DNA of 64,000 nucleotides from a virus (Duplodnaviria; Caudoviricetes): IMG/VR virus record IMGVR_UViG_2751185671_000004, positions 64,001 to 128,000 of that record; one strand, 5' to 3'. Shown piece by piece: positions 63,001 to 64,000 of this stretch (position 1 is its first letter; each line of letters starts with the position of its first letter). The notes under the pieces were generated by a model. It saw only the letters and a program-made list of their open reading frames with translations, ran no database searches and was not told where the DNA came from. The position numbers and the translations under genes were made by a program.

Positions 63001-64000
63001 TTAAAACCGTCACGACCTATCGTCAAGATTTTCCTTTTGCCGGACGTCCCTTAAAAACCGAGGTGATTACACCCACAGGCCAACGTCTGAGTGAAACGAC
63101 AAATCGATGGGCGATAAAAAACTGGCAGAACGACTGGGCGGATATTGCTCGTGCCCAAGGAACCGCTGCCTTAGGGCCATTGAATACCTTTTTAGAACAG
63201 AGTGTAGAAACCACGTACCGATCATTTAGCTCGACCTTTGGCAGCAACAATCCGAATATCAGTGTCACTAGCGATGTCCAACAACGTGTGGAAACTACCT
63301 CTACCTACGATGACCACGGCAATGCCACCGATATTATTGTGGCCACTACGGGCGACGGCTTTACCCATACAGAAACCGTATCAAACTTCTATGAAGGGTC
63401 GCTTGATCTTCACGGTTCAACGTGGAGCTATGCGCAATTGGGACGGGTTACCCAGACCGATACCACCGTTACCCAAAACGATGAGGCTTCGGTAACGCGC
63501 ACCGCTAAATTTACCTATTACAACACCGGTACCAGCGATAGCCCACATAATGACAAGTTATTTGGATTGTTGGCTACCCAAACGGTGGAACCTGATCCAA
63601 GCAAAACCCTGGAGCAGTCCCTGGTGGTGTCGTATTTCTATGATGAATTTGGCAATCAGGAACGTATGGAATCAAAAGGGTGGGATGGCGAAAGTGCTGT
63701 GACTCGAACCTCGACAACCCTGTTTGACAACATTGGACGTTACGCTGAGCATACAAGCAATCACTATGGTCAAATAGAACAAAGCATCACCGACGAAAAC
63801 CGACATCCACTCGGCCTACCTAAACTGACGACAGATTTAAATGGTGTGAAAACCACCATGAGCTACGGTGCCTTTGGCCGTGAATCTTTGCGACATGATG
63901 ATACGGGGGCTTGGACACAGAGCCTTCTTATTCCGTGTGATAGCACTTGTCCCACCAGTGCTCGCTATATCTCACACACACAACAAGCGGGTGGCGGAGA
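57018..64000 (+). CDS. Giant secreted Rhs/Tc-like protein: Ig/FN3 + PQQ + SpvB + FG-GAP + YD repeats (partial, runs off window)
   Basis: Same frame from 57018/57060 (signal ...SPFVSA-QQ) and at 60420 (GQFRVNEQGSATYTIPI...GKGWGLSG); DFNGDG/DLNGDG repeats; YDDHGN, YDEFGN. Confidence 0.9.
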   Translation, partial: MNKNDHIFAGSFLAMNLHNLKFFHYILLPLFFVFSPFVSAQQSYFNFLDVENVSGSGSTATYTDTNGTYRISYSFPFIPNIDATRLTATRTFNGQQTRLDFGYVDGETRTITLNHDNGVYRYYAESEINDHGDPDGGGTDIDLIGTITVIRQLGSMGTISLPNYCINSYTVSWPAVSAANRYDIEESSNGGSTWTRLTNPAGASATSISRPGINTGEERRYRVRAYYDQQPNTRTPWQTSARCQGNIRPSVSLFSPSNGHYQLLNQVLLLSASATDTNGSVSYVDFYHGTTRIARDTSAPFTAQWTPTQSGAQTLEARATDNHGATTRSTAITVNVHTRPTVFINSPAPNTQFDVGDSVSIGATASDDGTITQVQFFRNGSIISTDTSAPYTATWTVSASGLHSITAQATDNHGITSASSPVVVIEGIEQTAPNSAPTGLAADTGVNNSTGIYTLSWNAVTDANEYELQECRLATCSDGDFTRVIRSANRAASFTGLGNGSYTYRVNACNDVGCSAFSAPYTVTITLPVPQRPGPTYLKTSAVCANGATSGQSTGAFEICWDAVTENLDHYLVEEQIGTGPWQQIANQSATSLVLNNKTTNTYSYRVLACNDQNACSTPGGILSVSVIDTPVIYSASLACDGTCVSIAGTGFDTNTQVAVSSITTSPLNQTFSSPELIVNNDSLQLPIDDALVIDALNNLGGLSLAVVNTTNNNRASTQVYPNNASPEPAVNSGPPTISANGIIYIGRGDQLYAYDSAGTLITGWPVDIQEPITTQPALSVNENTVYVGGGDRHLVAVGGAEDVLSGQIHWQFPAAGAVASPLVDQYDFVYAGAMDSRFYSLGTDGQVRWTYNATAGIAEKPVIYGDYSLSFSSVDGQLHQLRAGVIGPEQLNWQSIDQSLLRDYLSTVGEDFEQFVVDGWDATELFQVGRLFEGLLRRHPDKETLTFWTYALLPDYGATLEEVTEAFLTSDSGVALYGGLTDFLYVGALYENVLNITEWVDTPEYQADLAALTSGALTRTQLAMQLVGSETFSTRVDQELLRIFQIFYGFCLEANCDFLLDSDNDGLGDQWELTHFGDLTSQSGDGDADGDGLTNYQEYLANSSPALGAPDAAPLPASKPEDPDTSISDAIGSIEGQFRVNEQGSATYTIPITTMAGTAGVAPSFSLHYTSQNNRGIAGKGWGLSGLSSISRCRQTLGRDGVALPITWGERDRFCLNGQRLVLTSGASYGAVGATYKTEIDSFITVTSVGGSAGAPEYFTAVARDGSLTTYGFIEGDNNAQQRTFDNAHTLMWVQNQFKDSVGNRIEYVYAQTAGNDHRIASVHYAYGNGDQANAAVFFDYEDRPDIERFNLAGYAFESTKRLAAIRVQNTVNKTPSEVRRYDLNYAPYPADAHVQTSLLENIEVCAGDVCLLPTVFAWTPSGEGQELTDFDTTEFSDAGLLVDYKFADFNGDGEQDIVFLHTSPMGDQQTVNYAMSVAGELVAQPFASGRTSEILPDVVGGSFFSRAAAQILVLDYNADGRMDLATYSASAGGWQLYISTPTSSGWRLKNLGADHFLDANSTLLFLDIDSDGLSDAVYLNRQQQRLIIRRLKPGNGAIESDTYFAFGAEESFSIDPPAGIEDDIDDVDQIAIATGDVTGNGQAELMLRYRSIHEEQGTFQFYYHIYTFGESALLPWGSSIYLEELEPSTTAPEQFPRVNLQDLNGDGLADLTYYFKGRLNYWINDGLQFGTKQSLSIRGPSIDDYDRAPTFVDYDNDGDLDLIYHAFPTANIRMYRWDIHTHAFSIDTENIRRGVTTDPEETNRENHIFFDSNGDGHLDYHRYRSESGRLLRFLSTQSSPRHVMTQIENGLGGITEISHEALAKSSHYHRIDVGETRATPPNALCAIWGESFLNTCQDYYAYDTGQFYSELNSNWSEHNSLGKYQPVLEFHGSLPIVTSISSSAPSAGATPGNINAEAMSTIAYFYGEAKIQAAGIGFLGFERLATLDQQTGIKTVTTYRQDFPFAGRPLKTEVITPTGQRLSETTNRWAIKNWQNDWADIARAQGTAALGPLNTFLEQSVETTYRSFSSTFGSNNPNISVTSDVQQRVETTSTYDDHGNATDIIVATTGDGFTHTETVSNFYEGSLDLHGSTWSYAQLGRVTQTDTTVTQNDEASVTRTAKFTYYNTGTSDSPHNDKLFGLLATQTVEPDPSKTLEQSLVVSYFYDEFGNQERMESKGWDGESAVTRTSTTLFDNIGRYAEHTSNHYGQIEQSITDENRHPLGLPKLTTDLNGVKTTMSYGAFGRESLRHDDTGAWTQSLLIPCDSTCPTSARYISHTQQAGGG

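Noticed and set aside
57273-63756. Many short ORFs listed in the track
   Set aside because: Alternate-frame or antisense shadows of the giant Rhs-like ORF

Overview
About the left 33 kb is a prophage with a lambda-type head and a P2-like contractile-tail baseplate. It also carries a cos-like site, a ParB-fused DNA methyltransferase, a replication module with an intein-interrupted helicase, and a DUF2924/large serine recombinase module. It continues off the left edge. Cargo inserted in the prophage includes a eukaryote-like RING-H2 gene, a protease-like/immunity-like pair, and a 4.3 kb array of small opposite-strand genes, nearly all preceded by the same 17-bp-spaced bipartite motif. From 33 to 46 kb is an AT-rich defence-like island: AIPR, PRTase+DprA (ShosTA-like), an OB-fold/DUF488/DUF4326 operon, and integron-cassette fragments with attC-like sites but no integrase. 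From 46 to 54 kb there are three isolated type I-F CRISPR repeats, one with a canonical-looking leader. They are separated by 1.1 kb and 5.8 kb of genes instead of 32-nt spacers, and no cas genes are in view. That stretch also holds a decayed DUF2924 copy, IS6 remnants around a beta-lactamase-family gene, and basic orphan genes. The right end is a PQQ-repeat gene and a secreted Ig/FN3-SpvB-FG-GAP-YD (Rhs/Tc-like) gene of more than 2300 aa that runs off the window and is absent from the ORF track. All family calls are by motif recognition from memory; no searches were run.
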